Of a stretch of DNA of 20,000 nt, positions 1 through 9,740 are shown piece after piece; the stretch's first letter is position 1, and each line of letters opens with the position of its first letter. A model generated the notes under the pieces. That model ran no database searches and was not told where the DNA came from. It saw nothing but the letters and a program-made list of their open reading frames with translations. Origin of the DNA: Chiloscyllium plagiosum (lineage: Eukaryota). The DNA is taken from positions 51,123,642 to 51,143,641 of the forward strand of contig NC_057719.1 of NCBI RefSeq assembly GCF_004010195.1, read 5' to 3'. A program made the translations under genes and the position numbers.

Positions 1-1640
1 ACTCGGACATAGTCTATCAACCGGTCAAAGCCTATAGCTCCTTCACCACCTTTCAAAGCATATCTGAGAAGAATTTATTACCATAACTTTTCCATTTATT
101 TTAACAGGAAGCATTTTATGCTGATAATAAAGTCTGCTCTGATGGTAATCTAGCTGAGGCCTTCTGAGCTGGTGGCATTTGACTCACATCAAGATTCTAT
201 GCATTTGTCCTCTGGATTTGCCTGGAAAGAAGCTCTCTTGTAGCATTCCCCTCCAGTCTCCCCACCATTACAAACCTGACTTAAGGAATATGACAGTTGT
301 AAATACTTTTTAAAAAAGGGATAACTCATGTTCATTTAAAAGCATAAAACATGCTCAGACCATTAAAGGTATTTTCTTTGTATCCATAGCAGAAAAATCC
401 CTGACACTCATTCTCCTGAATTGCCTGCTTCCTAATTCTGAGGAGATCTCAGAGGTACAGCATGATATTTGAGTGTCTAAAGGAAACTCTGATATCATCT
501 TTGTTGCCTGTGTAATCCAAGAAAAATATCAAGAACCATACCAGCAACTCTTCATTACAATCAGTGACATGATCAAATATTTAACTCAATAAGTTGCAAG
601 TTACTATGGATTGTGCCCAAAGGTTTGGATGTCTAAAACATTTCACCACAATCTTGCAATTGTTTTCATAATGATAAAGTTGAAACTGTCTAAAGTTGGA
701 GATCTGAAACGGTACCCGTCAAATTTCAGACAGGGGTCAAACAAGGCATTATGATAGCCCCACAAAATTGACAATCCATCTGGAAGTGGCTACTCACCAC
801 ATCAAAGACCAACTGCCTTCTGGTGTCGATATTAATATTGCCTCGATGGAAAATGCTAGCCTCAGTCATCATGAATATGGCATGACTTATAGTATTCCAA
901 TGTTTGAAGTGTTGTTACCCACACTGCATTAGATATGCAAACCCTTCTCATGTTCTTCAGTTCTGCGTATAGAAACTCAGCCTGTCCTTGAATGCCACTG
1001 AAACATAACTTATGCTGTATATTAATGTACACCTAGACAATGACATATTTCACTCTCCATATACGTTAAAGGAGAGACTCTGGCACATGACGACCACTTC
1101 TCACACCTGGCAGCTACTCTCTCAAAAGGCCACCATTAGTGAGAAGATCCATCACTGGATCAACCACACCAGCAATGCCTTCTGTAAACTGCAACCACAA
1201 TATAAACTGCTGCAAGTCAACAAAGGTCCTGGAATACAGTACAGTTGTTGTCACACATGCCAATAGTTCAGTTAAACCTGAACTTGTGTGTTGGTGTCAA
1301 GTAACAGGACAAGAGAAATTCTGTCATCGATGCCCTTGCTGCATCTTTTGGATTAAAGGACCATTGAACAAATGCTAGTGTGCTTTTTGGAGCCAGACCA
1401 CAAGCTTTCAGGATAAAAAAACCCGACAAAATGAACTTCAATGAGCTGAAAAACATCTCCCCTACCAGATCCTCTTTATGAACTTTTTAATGCCTGTTAT
1501 TCCAGAAGATGCAAAAGAAAATACTTCAAAGACATCATGATTCTGTTCTTGAATCATAACATCACTGACATTAATGTCTGAGAGGAACTTGCTACTAATT
1601 ATACAGAATGGCGACATGGATGCAAGGGTGAAAGAAAGGA
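1..1640 (+). mobile_element. Highly decayed RTE-clade LINE, reverse-transcriptase region and C-terminus; probably continues off the left edge
   Basis: Frameshifted, colinear RTE-RT-like motifs: DNKVCSDGNLAEAF*AGG (~KAPGPDGIPAEVFKAGG, ~123-176); KGIFFVSIAEKSL (~RGISLLSIAGKIL, ~365); DIIFVACVIQEKYQE (~DMIFxARQLQEKCRE, ~491); QTGVKQG (~727); DMQTLL..FSSAY (~932); LSQKATISEKIHHWINHTSNAFCKL (ORF 1012-1266); EKFCHRC (~EKFHQRCLR); KRKYFKD (~1514). Many stops. Confidence 0.85.
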
Positions 1641-2344
1641 TTTAGTCAAGACATAACGTTGTTCTTATCATTCTCATGTTGTTAATATTGATTCCTAATT
1701 TCATAAGGATACAGATCAGGAGGCGGCTGATTGCAGCAGAAATAAAATGATAATCACCTTCTCTCAACTAAAGTATAGCAAAAGGGTGGAGAGATTTCGA
1801 TGTTTTAGGTGGTGGTTTTTGACCATGTCAAGCATTTTCAAATGCTTGTAATGGTTTTATGAGCTCTTAAATTGTTTGGTAACTCCTGGCACTTCTATTC
1901 TGGCTGGAGGAGAAGGGAGCAGCATTTGCACAAGGGGTAACTGCAGGAAAAGCAAACGAAAGAGGGACACGTACAGAGACACAAGATAATGTACCAGCTG
2001 TCCGTTGAGGAACACTAGGAACTTTCTAGGGAGCCTATAATTGAGTTGATCACCACAACATTAGAACTGACATCTACAGCTAGTCACACTGTTGCTTTTT
2101 GTAATCAAACCTGTATATCTTTGCCTTCTATGTCAATCAAGATATAAGGCATGTTACAAGGGAACAGCAGGTAGGCTGAAGTTCACACTAGTACTGATCA
2201 GGTGAACAGGCTCTCTTTGCTGGATGAAACATATTCTATGTAGACTTTTGGAAAGAGCGAATTGGGGCTTTCTGGTTTATGCATATTGCAGGCCTTCCAC
2301 AAATAATTCATTTCAGTTCCATCACCATGCAGGCTATTTTAGAC

Positions 2345-2575
2345 AAGCCCACTGCTCTCAGAAATTGTATGGGCCTTGGCGGGACCACACCTAGAATTTT
2401 GGTCTCCTTCTTAAGCAGGGATATACTAGCATCCGAAGTAGTACCACAAAGGTTATATTGATACTGAAATGAGAGGGTAGTTAAACAAGAACAGAAGGAG
2501 TAAATTAAAAGAATTAAAGGGTGATCCCATTGAACCTTTCAAGATTACAAACGGATTTGACAGGTTAGATATTGT
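2345..2575 (+). mobile_element. Old CR1 LINE ORF2 3' fragment, part 1
   Basis: Resembles LYxALVRPHLE..FWSP..DILA, and gggtgatcccattgaacctttcaagatt resembles RGDLIETFKI, followed by GFDRLD. Confidence 0.7.
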
Positions 2576-3284
2576 GGGTGGAATCTTGTACTGTTTCTGG
2601 TGGTGAGCTTGGAGATGGGAAAAGTGTTTACTTTGGCAGGATTGTGGTACACCTGAACCACTCTGCCTTCCCGCCTTCACAAGAATTAGATTTGAGTGGG
2701 AAACACATTGTTAGCTTTCCTGCTCTATTGTCAATTGAATCCATTAAATGACCAACTAATTACCATTTTGAGGGTCTCATCTGAAAGCTGCTGGTATTAA
2801 GCCAACTGTAGGTAGGCCTAGTAATGTACAGTATGCACCACAGCTAATGCATGCAGCAAGCTTCTCACCTCAGAGGAATTCAATGCCTGATCAAGAGTCA
2901 ACCATTAGCCCTTGCTACTATCTTCGCTGCACACCACTCTTTTATTTGAGAACACTCTGTCCCTCCACATGATGTTTCTTTGGATTCAGTTGCTTCATAA
3001 ACTGGCACTCTGTGGTGTTCTTCCTGCAGCAGTTGAAGCCTCACCAACTGCTGAGCACAAGAAGTGCCAAGCTGCTATTGTTTGGCAGATCTCAGTAGGT
3101 GATACTTCTGTCCCTCGGACTTTGATTCTGTGGAAGAGCCACCATTGACTGATTATCTTGTGGTTTAGTGGTCTTTCCAAAAAGAAGCGTCACAGGTCTT
3201 TCACGGCTGTCCATCCAGCAGACGAGGCTCCCAATATCTTGACAAGAGTCCACCCATTAATTGCACTACTTGACTCTCCAGGAT
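2576..3284. mobile_element. Unclassified ~0.7 kb insertion splitting the old CR1; possibly a decayed non-autonomous DNA transposon
   Basis: Lies between two colinear halves of one CR1. No clear terminal inverted repeats (TIRs) are left. Confidence 0.3.
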
Positions 3285-3558
3285 ATGGGGCCAATCATTT
3301 CAGACTGAGATGAAGAGACATTTAATCGCTCAAAACATATGAATATTTGGAATTCCTTACTCACACGGATTGTAGATGCTCAATTGTTTAATATTTTTAA
3401 TATTAGGATAGACAGAGTTTCGGTCTCTTGGTGAATCAAGGGATATGGGGAGTGAGCAGGAAAGTGGAGTTAAAGCTCAAGGTCAGCAATAATCGTACTG
3501 AATGTGACAGCAGATTGGGTCTCGTGGTTTACTCCTGCTACTATAACTTATGTCCCAT
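3285..3558 (+). mobile_element. Old CR1 LINE 3' end and 3'UTR, part 2
   Basis: tttcagactgagatgaagagacattt (FRTEMKRHF-like), tggaattcctta (WNSL), then the CR1 tail gaatcaagggatatgggg...gcaggaaagtggagtt...actcctgct..cttatg. Confidence 0.75.
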
Positions 3559-3852
3559 AACCACCTATCCCTTTGATAAGGGCTACATAATCAGGCCCAG
3601 TGATCTCAGTCTGCACTCAACCAGCATCTAACTATCTTCAATTTGGCCAGCAGCTCTTGGAGGTGGTCATAGAGTCATAGAGATGTACAGCATGAAAACA
3701 GACTCTTCGGTCCAACCTGTCCATGCCGACCAGATATCCCAACCCAATCTAGTTCCACCTGCCAGCACCCGGCCCATATCCCTCCAAACCCTTCCTATTC
3801 ATATGTGTTGCTGGAAAAGCGCAGCAGGTCAGGCAGCATCCAGGGAACAGGA

Positions 3853-3890
3853 GAATCGACGTTTCGGGCATAAGCCCTTCTTCAGGAATC
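3853..3890 (-). ncRNA. Minimal type I hammerhead-ribozyme-like motif (Penelope type), intact copy
   Basis: Minus strand reads gattc-CTGAAGA-a-GGGC-ttat-GCCC-GAAACGTC-gattc. It has the core boxes, a 4-bp stem II and a palindromic ACGT in place of stem III. Predicted cleavage is after GUC at position 3858. Confidence 0.6.
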
Positions 3891-3927
3891 ATTCCTGAAG
3901 AAGGGCTTATGCCCGAAACATCGATTC
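3891..3927 (+). ncRNA. Minimal hammerhead-like motif, mirror copy with a CpG-decay change (GAAACATC)
   Basis: CTGAAGA at 3895-3901, stem GGGC/GCCC at 3903-3914, GAAAC at 3915-3919, ATC at 3920-3922. Confidence 0.5.
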
Positions 3928-4649
3928 TCCTGTTCCCTGGATGCTGCCTGACCTGCTGCGCTTTTCCAGCAACACATTTTCAGCTCTGATCTCCAGCATC
4001 TGCAGACCTCACTTTCTCCTTCCTATTCATATACCCATCCAAATGCCTTTTAAATGTTGCAATTGTACCAGCCTCCACGACTTCCTCTGGCAGCTCATTC
4101 CGTACACATACCACCCTCTGCGTGAAAAAGTTGCCCCTTAGGTCTCTTTTATATCTTTCCCCTCTCACCCTAAACCTATGCCCTCTTATTCTGGACTCCT
4201 CCACCCCAGGGGAAAGACTTTGTCTATTTATCTTATCCATGCCCATCATGATTTTATAAATCTCTATAAGGTCACCCCTCAGCCTCCGATACTCCAGGGA
4301 AAACAGCCCCAGCCATTTCAGCCTCTCCCTATAATCCTCTAACCCTGGCAACATCCTTGTAAATCTTTTCTGAACCCTTTCAAGTTTCACAACATCTTTC
4401 TGAAAGGAAGGAGACCAGAATTGCATGGTCCTTGGTGTTTTAAAGGGATAGGAGTGGTGATCATAATTAATTCACTTCTTGAGGCAGCAGTTGGTCCTGC
4501 AAATGGCTCAGGCAAATTTCCCCTGTTTACAGGCCCGGCTTTGGGCCCTCTGACTAATTCAGCCCCTGATGTGTAATCACAAGTTGAGCACCATTCAGGC
4601 TTGTGCTTTCTTTTCAAGTGACTGCAATAATCTGTTATTTTGTACCAGT

Positions 4650-5165
4650 CCTCCAACCTTCTCAGTCTTTCGTGATTATTGATTTGTAGGAGAAAACAAT
4701 GAAGATGTATCATGTGATTGAAGCCTCCACTCATGTCGTTTTCTAGCCTGCTCAATGTGGAGAAGATGGTGTAGTCCAGAGATTGCTAGAATCAATACAA
4801 TTCCCTGATTAATCCAAATACTGGGACAACTGGTACTGTTCAAGGACTCAGCAAATACTTGAAAGTATTAGTTCACAGGAAGAAGCAGCAATCATGCATA
4901 AGAGAGAACAGCAGGTGTTGAACGTATGAGTCGAAGCATAAGGAGCTTAATAAAGATAACAAGACATTCGTGACTTATGTGATAACAGCCGAAAATGTTT
5001 GTAGCTAAACGCATGAAGCATTGGCAGCAAAATCACTTAATTGGTAGTACCAATAAAAATAAGTGGAAAAGCCAATTTATATTGATGCTGGTAATTTGAT
5101 GTAATGTAAAATGCTAGAAATATTGGGCAGGCCTGGCAAATCTGGGAAGTGATGTACAAAATTGA
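4650..5165 (+). repeat. Diverged local direct repeat, copy A
   Basis: Shares cctccaacct, gaagaagcagcaat, ttaataaagataaca, catgaagcatt and tagtaccaata with 6075-6595 on one diagonal (offset ~1416-1436). Confidence 0.8.
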
Positions 5166-5200
5166 CATTTTAAGTTGATAAGCTTTCATTTGAACTGCAT
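5066..5200 (-). mobile_element. Decayed Penelope pLTR 3' end
   Basis: gatgctggtaatttg...aaaatgctagaaatattgggcaggcctggcaaatctggga is the reverse complement of the pLTR motif seen at 7390-7455 and 3940-4005. Confidence 0.6.
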
Positions 5201-6074
5201 GGAAGGCATCCATTGAGATGACCATGTATCCCATAGATTATTGCAGAGTTAGTACTCTGCACCGAATGTTGTTTTATGGCATAGACTCCAGAACTTTAAG
5301 ACAGTTACGTAGCATTATGACATTTTATGTTCTGATATAAAGGTACCCATCTCACCACTAGTCACTCTCTTAGTGTAATGGAGTCAGTCAGCCACGTATA
5401 TGTAATATATAGTGATATCAGGAAGCATTGAACACAGTCTCTGTCTGTAAATCTATAATATTGTAACCATGTAAAAAACTAGTGTTGTAATATACTTCAA
5501 GGCATTTGTTTCTACAAGAACCCGACTCTCTGTGGTACATGTCATGTGGACTAATACATATAAAACCACATACCACATCACTGGAAGCAGACACAAGTTG
5601 AAAATGGAAATCTCCACACCCACTGACATTGAGGCTCCCTGATAACCAGTTCAATGCTTTGAGGAATTGCTGGTATACCAAAATATTTATTCTTTCAAAG
5701 CTTAAACTCCTAATGTTTGTATAGTTATCCTCTTCAAACAAGTGGTGACATATGACCCAGCCTGTGCTGATGCTTTGAGTTCACGATCTCTTACCATGCA
5801 ACTGTTAGTTTCTGTGCTTGTTGGAAGAGTAAAGACCAATAAGCCTTCAAATATAGTTCTCTCTTTCAGTGTCAGTGCGGGGCCTGAGTTAATTGAAGGA
5901 GGTGGGAAAGTGCTGAGGAGCAATTGTCCTTACATAACAGCAAGAGGGAAATGCAGCAAATGAGTGGAAACATTTTACAGTACCAGGTTTCCATGCTGTG
6001 TGCGTATGAGCGATAATGCACATGAGTTAATAAGAACAGGAAAGGAAAATGTTGAGAGGTCCTGCTGTGCATGA

Positions 6075-6595
6075 CCTCCAACCTCATCATCTTCATTCTG
6101 TATGCTTTCTCTCTCTGTCAGTCAAGTTGATGGCTGAGTCCTCCATTGTTGTCAGAGTTTATAGTGTAATCATCACTTCTTCAGTTCTTGAAGAATCCCT
6201 TCAACTGTGAAATGACTTCTCCTGGTGGAAAAAGGGAAGGGACCTAATGTGTGCCCTATTGAAGGATTATGCAAATATTTGAAACAGTTTAGCATCATGC
6301 ACTGGTGCCCACGAAGAAGCAGCAATTGTATGTAAGAGAGGTGAATAGCAGGCGGTGAACATATGAATGCAAGCAGAAGGAGATTAATAAAGATAACAGG
6401 ATATTAGTGACTAAGGTGATGTCGGGGAAAAGAATTGAAGCTAAACTCATGAAGCATTTGCATCAAATTCAATGAATTGATAGTACCAATAGAAACAACT
6501 GGAAAAGCAAGCTAATGTGGACGCTGAAAATTTTTAAAAATTATATAAAATTCAGCAAATCTCATGACATCTGTGAAGAGATATACAAAATTATT
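6075..6595 (+). repeat. Diverged local direct repeat, copy B
   Basis: See copy A. The best-aligned core is 6271-6508 versus 4852-5072. Confidence 0.8.
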
Positions 6596-7335
6596 AAAAT
6601 TGGGAAAAGGTTAACATTGTAATTGGTTTAAAGAAAATGAAATGGGAGGGCAGAAAAAGAGAACAAAGGGAGTAGCTGTGATGGGGTAGATGGCAGGAGG
6701 AACAATATGTGAAAAGAAAAGATCAGAATCAAATGGAAAGGAATGGATCATGTGAAAAGCAAGTATGACTGACAGAAACATTAACAGCTGGTGACCAAAA
6801 GCAAAAATTAAAATAAAGTGTAAAACAAGAGTGAAAACCTGAACCAACAGAGGTTATAATTTGAAATTGTTGAATTTACTGTTGAATATGGAATGGTAAA
6901 GTTCCTAACTGAAAGATTAAGTGTTACTTCTCCAGCTTAATTCAATGGAATACTGCAGCACATTGAGGACAGAGAGCTCAGAATGGGAGAAAGGTAGAGA
7001 ACTAATGGGACAAGTGACTGGAAACGCAACGTCACACTTGCAGGTAGGATGAAGTATTATGCAATAAGGTCACTTGACCAGTGTTTGATCTGCAGAGGAG
7101 ATTGTATTGGGTATAGTTAGTACAAATACATTTTTATTTCACTGAGTGTGAGTTTTTGGAGTCTTGGATGGTGAGAAAATAGGAATAACGTGGGCAGAAT
7201 TTGCTTCTTCTGCACTTGCATAGAAAGGTGCTATGGGAAGGGGAGTGGTTGTTGCTGTTGCTGTTGCTGTCAGCAGTGAAAATCACCTGGATGATCTGTT
7301 GAATACAGAGGTTGGTGAGGTGACTTTGGAACACT
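6502..7335 (-). mobile_element. Decayed Penelope-like element: Cys linker, GIY-YIG endonuclease region and 3' pLTR
   Basis: ORF 7134-7334 reads STFLCKCRRSKFCPRYSYFLTIQDSK (~GTFPCNRRRCNTCP..TIQGPK). Around 6900-6940 the minus strand reads KLEK*HLIFQLGTL (~KLEEQHLIFRLGTL). A pyrimidine-rich 3'UTR and a pLTR end follow at 6502-6600. Confidence 0.8.
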
Positions 7336-7340
7336 TCAAT

Positions 7341-7455
7341 CCTGAAGAAGAGTCGCTGGACTCAAAACATTAACTCTGTTTCTTTCTTCAGATATGCTGC
7401 CAGGCCTACTGAGTTTGTCCAGCAATTTTTGTTTTTATTTCAGATTTCCAGTATT
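7341..7455 (+). mobile_element. Inverted Penelope pLTR piece with a decayed hammerhead core
   Basis: CTGAAGA-a-GAGTC-gctg-GACTC-aAAAC at 7342-7368, then ttaactctgtttct..atgctgccagg..gagtttgtccagcaattt..ttcagatttccag. Confidence 0.8.
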
Positions 7456-7479
7456 GTATTCAGAACTATTTCACTTTTA

Positions 7480-7625
7480 TTTGAGTAGGTAATGTGAAGT
7501 TGGGAGAAGGGGGGAAATTATGAACAAAGTTGATGAGATTTTCCAGTTCAGGGAAAGAGCAGGCAACGGCACTGATATAGTCACCAAAGAATGTATAAGT
7601 TGAAAATAGAACACTTGCTGGTGGC
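7480..7625 (-). mobile_element. Penelope reverse-transcriptase fragment (YIDD region)
   Basis: ORF 7466-7654 reads FFGDYISAVACSFPELENLINFVHNFPPSPNFT (~RYIDDCIGAASCS..ELENFINFASNFHPSLxFT). Confidence 0.75.
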
Positions 7626-8309
7626 ATTATCATGTCCAGAGTGATCGGCAACAATATCTCAGCATCTGAATTCCTCCAGGCTGCCTCAAAGCCTAACCAA
7701 GGCTAAGAAGGTTGAGGAAGACAATGTTGATCCGAAACAGATCTTGGCCATCTCAGCTTCTATAGCTTCTCCTACCCCTCTTTCACAGTCAATATTTATG
7801 ATATGGGTCTCAGTGAGCACAGCTGCCCTTGCAGGGATGTAGGGAGTAGATTCTCAGGTGGGTCCCCTGCTGGCTGTCCATTACGTTCCTTAAGTTACAC
7901 AGCCTGGGAGTTGAACAACCTATCTCTACCTCTTCCATGGCAACATGAGTAAATGTGCAGGACTGTGAGAGCTCACAAGGTTCCTCATCAACATGAACTC
8001 TAACTGGGTCACTGTGCATTCGATAGACTTTCATTCCAATTGCAACTTTGTGCAGGCATTGTAAATACATGCTTTGTGTGCTCCAATGTTTGGTAATGAC
8101 TCTTCATTTAGGAGGGAAGGTTGATGTTAAACCTTCAAAAGCAAAATTAGATTCTTATCAGCTCCAATTTAGATTGTGCATGGCCGTCCATTTCTCAGTG
8201 ATAGTAAGAATGTGCAGGAGGTTCTCCTCATAAAGGCTCAGGCTTTGTCCCTCACCATGTGCTGTAAACTCCTCATTTGTATTAGGAGTTCCCTGGAGAA
8301 GATGGGATC

Positions 8310-9280
8310 CTGCATGAAACCAACCAATGACATCTGGGCAACACTCTCCATTCTGATTGTTCACTGGTGACTCCAATGGCTGCTTCTCTCCCTGCTCCAT
8401 TCCCTCTGCTCATTCTCTGATGACAATATGAGGTTTTTCTTGGCATCTGACTTCTCAAGTTTCACCTTGCCTTCTACACACTATATCGTGTAGCATGCAG
8501 CAGATAATCACTGCCACAGGCACCATGGCAGGTGAATATATCAGAGCACATTTGGAATGGTAATGATACCAGAAACTGTTTACTGATTGAGATGCCAAAT
8601 CATTAAAGCATAGCCCTTGACAAGAACCAGTCAGGCACCTACCTGGAATGACTGAGACGGCCAAGCCTCCCACAGAATCAAGGCTTTGTGATAACTCCCT
8701 AGAACTCAACAGCGTACACAAAGGAATATCTTCAATAATCAGCATGTATTGGAGAAATCCAGCTGTCTGACAGCATCTATGGGAGAGGAACATAGCTAAA
8801 ATTTCAAGTCGGAAGTCTTGTAGGTTGAATCACTTCTTGCAGGTCTAAAGATAACATATATCAGTCTCAAAACATTAACTCTGTTTCTTCCTTCACAGAT
8901 GCTGCCGGGTTTCCCCAACATTTGCTGATTATTGAAGATATTCCTATGTCTGTGTTTTCTGCTTTTATTTTAAATTCCCAGAATCCTCAGCAAATTGCTT
9001 TTATTATAGGAATCTCTTCATGTGGTCACACAGGCCCTTTACATTGATAGGGAGGAAACCTCTCAATTTTAAAATTCTCAGTTCTCTCGGTGGATGTCCT
9101 TGTGGTCACATATGTGCAATTGATTATTCCTTGTACATGGGGATGCTGGCAACAATGACAAAGTCTTGCCCTCTGCAACTGCGAGTCTGCATGTGTTAGT
9201 CTGTCACCCACTGAAACAGACAATCTGTAACAGACAATTTGTTCAGCAGTGAGCATTTTATCTATGCTCATTCACAGGAT
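8310..9280 (-). mobile_element. Decayed Harbinger/PIF DDE transposase (HARBI1-like family), split by a Penelope fold-back insert
   Basis: PHVQGIINCTYV (~FPxVQGxIDCTHV), RGFLPINVKGLCDHMKRF (~KGFHSINVQLVCDH), then after the insert LGSYHKALIL (~PGSxHDAFIL), KGYALMIW (~DKGYPLxxWL) and ALIYSPAMVPVAVIICCMLHDI (~LQYSP..IVxxCCxLHN). An acidic tail follows. Confidence 0.85.
8735..9007. mobile_element. Older Penelope pLTR-derived fold-back insertion with a 13-bp TSD
   Basis: Decayed inverted arms (cagcatct.. at ~8771 versus ..agatgctg at ~8897). TSD is aggaatatcttca at 8722-8734 and aggaatctcttca at 9008-9020 (12 of 13 match). Confidence 0.8.
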
Positions 9281-9289
9281 ATGGGCAAG

Positions 9290-9740
9290 AATTTGCAATA
9301 TATGTTAGTGCCTTGGAGGAAGGAGGTAAATGTACTATTGCCAAGTTTGCAGATGGCACAAAGATAAGTGGGAAGGCAAATGATGAGGATGATACAAATA
9401 GTCTACAAAGGGTTAAGTGAATGGACAGAAACTTGGCAATTGGAACATAATGTGGGAAATTGATGTTATACTTTGTCAGGAATCATAGGGGAGGGAAATA
9501 TTATAGAAATTGAGGAAGACTGCAGAATGCTGGAACACAGAAGGCTTTGCATAAATCAGAAAAAGATAGCATCCAATTCAGTAAATAATAGGGAATGCTG
9601 GCCTTAATTTCAAAGGTAATGGAGAATAAAAAGAGTGAGGCCTTGCTAAAACTATCCAGGCATAAGCCAGGCAACAGCTGGATTACTGTGAACTGTTCTG
9701 GTCCCCTCACTGAAGGAAATATATACTGGAATTAGAGGAA
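9290..9740 (+). mobile_element. Old CR1 LINE RT fragment (host element, part 1)
   Basis: CTIAKFADGTKISG (~KFADDTK), then ...ttctggtcccctcac (FWSP) and YILELE. Confidence 0.85.

Larger units (their letters stand above)
3803..4017. mobile_element. Penelope pLTR-derived fold-back element: 87-bp inverted arms, 1-nt spacer, ~40-bp tail, ~15-bp target-site duplication (TSD)
   Basis: Arms 3803-3889 and 3891-3977 are reverse complements at 86 of 87 positions (mismatch 3860/3920). The flanking direct repeat ccttcctattcatat is at 3790-3804 and 4018-4032. Confidence 0.9.
3666..4425 (-). mobile_element. Young 5'-truncated CR1 (HER1-like) LINE, interrupted at 3804-4017
   Basis: ORF 3980-4426 reads QFWSP..KLERVQKRFTRMLPGL..RRLRGDLIE..FFTQRVV..ELPEEVVEAGTIATFKRHLDGYMNRK. 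The 3' tail is (CTCTATGA)n on the minus strand at 3666-3682. Confidence 0.95.

Noticed and set aside
1..63. Possible minus-strand exon (ttcttctcag|..YALKGGEGAIGFDRLIDYVR)
   Set aside because: Better explained as the antisense of the RTE fossil, and there is no supporting partner exon.
108..167. Plus-strand acceptor followed by EAFYADNKVCSDGNLAEAF*
   Set aside because: The peptide is the decayed KAPGPDGIPAE motif of the RTE LINE.
3803..3977. Palindrome as a DNA-transposon MITE, terminator or assembly fold-back artefact
   Set aside because: The unpaired tail, long TSD, CpG-type mismatch between the arms and related pLTR copies elsewhere favour a genuine Penelope-derived insertion.
5418..5963. 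Overlapping short ORFs and splice-like sites (acceptor ~5869 on plus, donor ~5793 on minus)
   Set aside because: No recognisable protein and no consistent acceptor-donor pair.
7248..7270. (GTTGCT)n microsatellite
   Set aside because: Only about 3.5 units inside the Penelope fossil; unremarkable.
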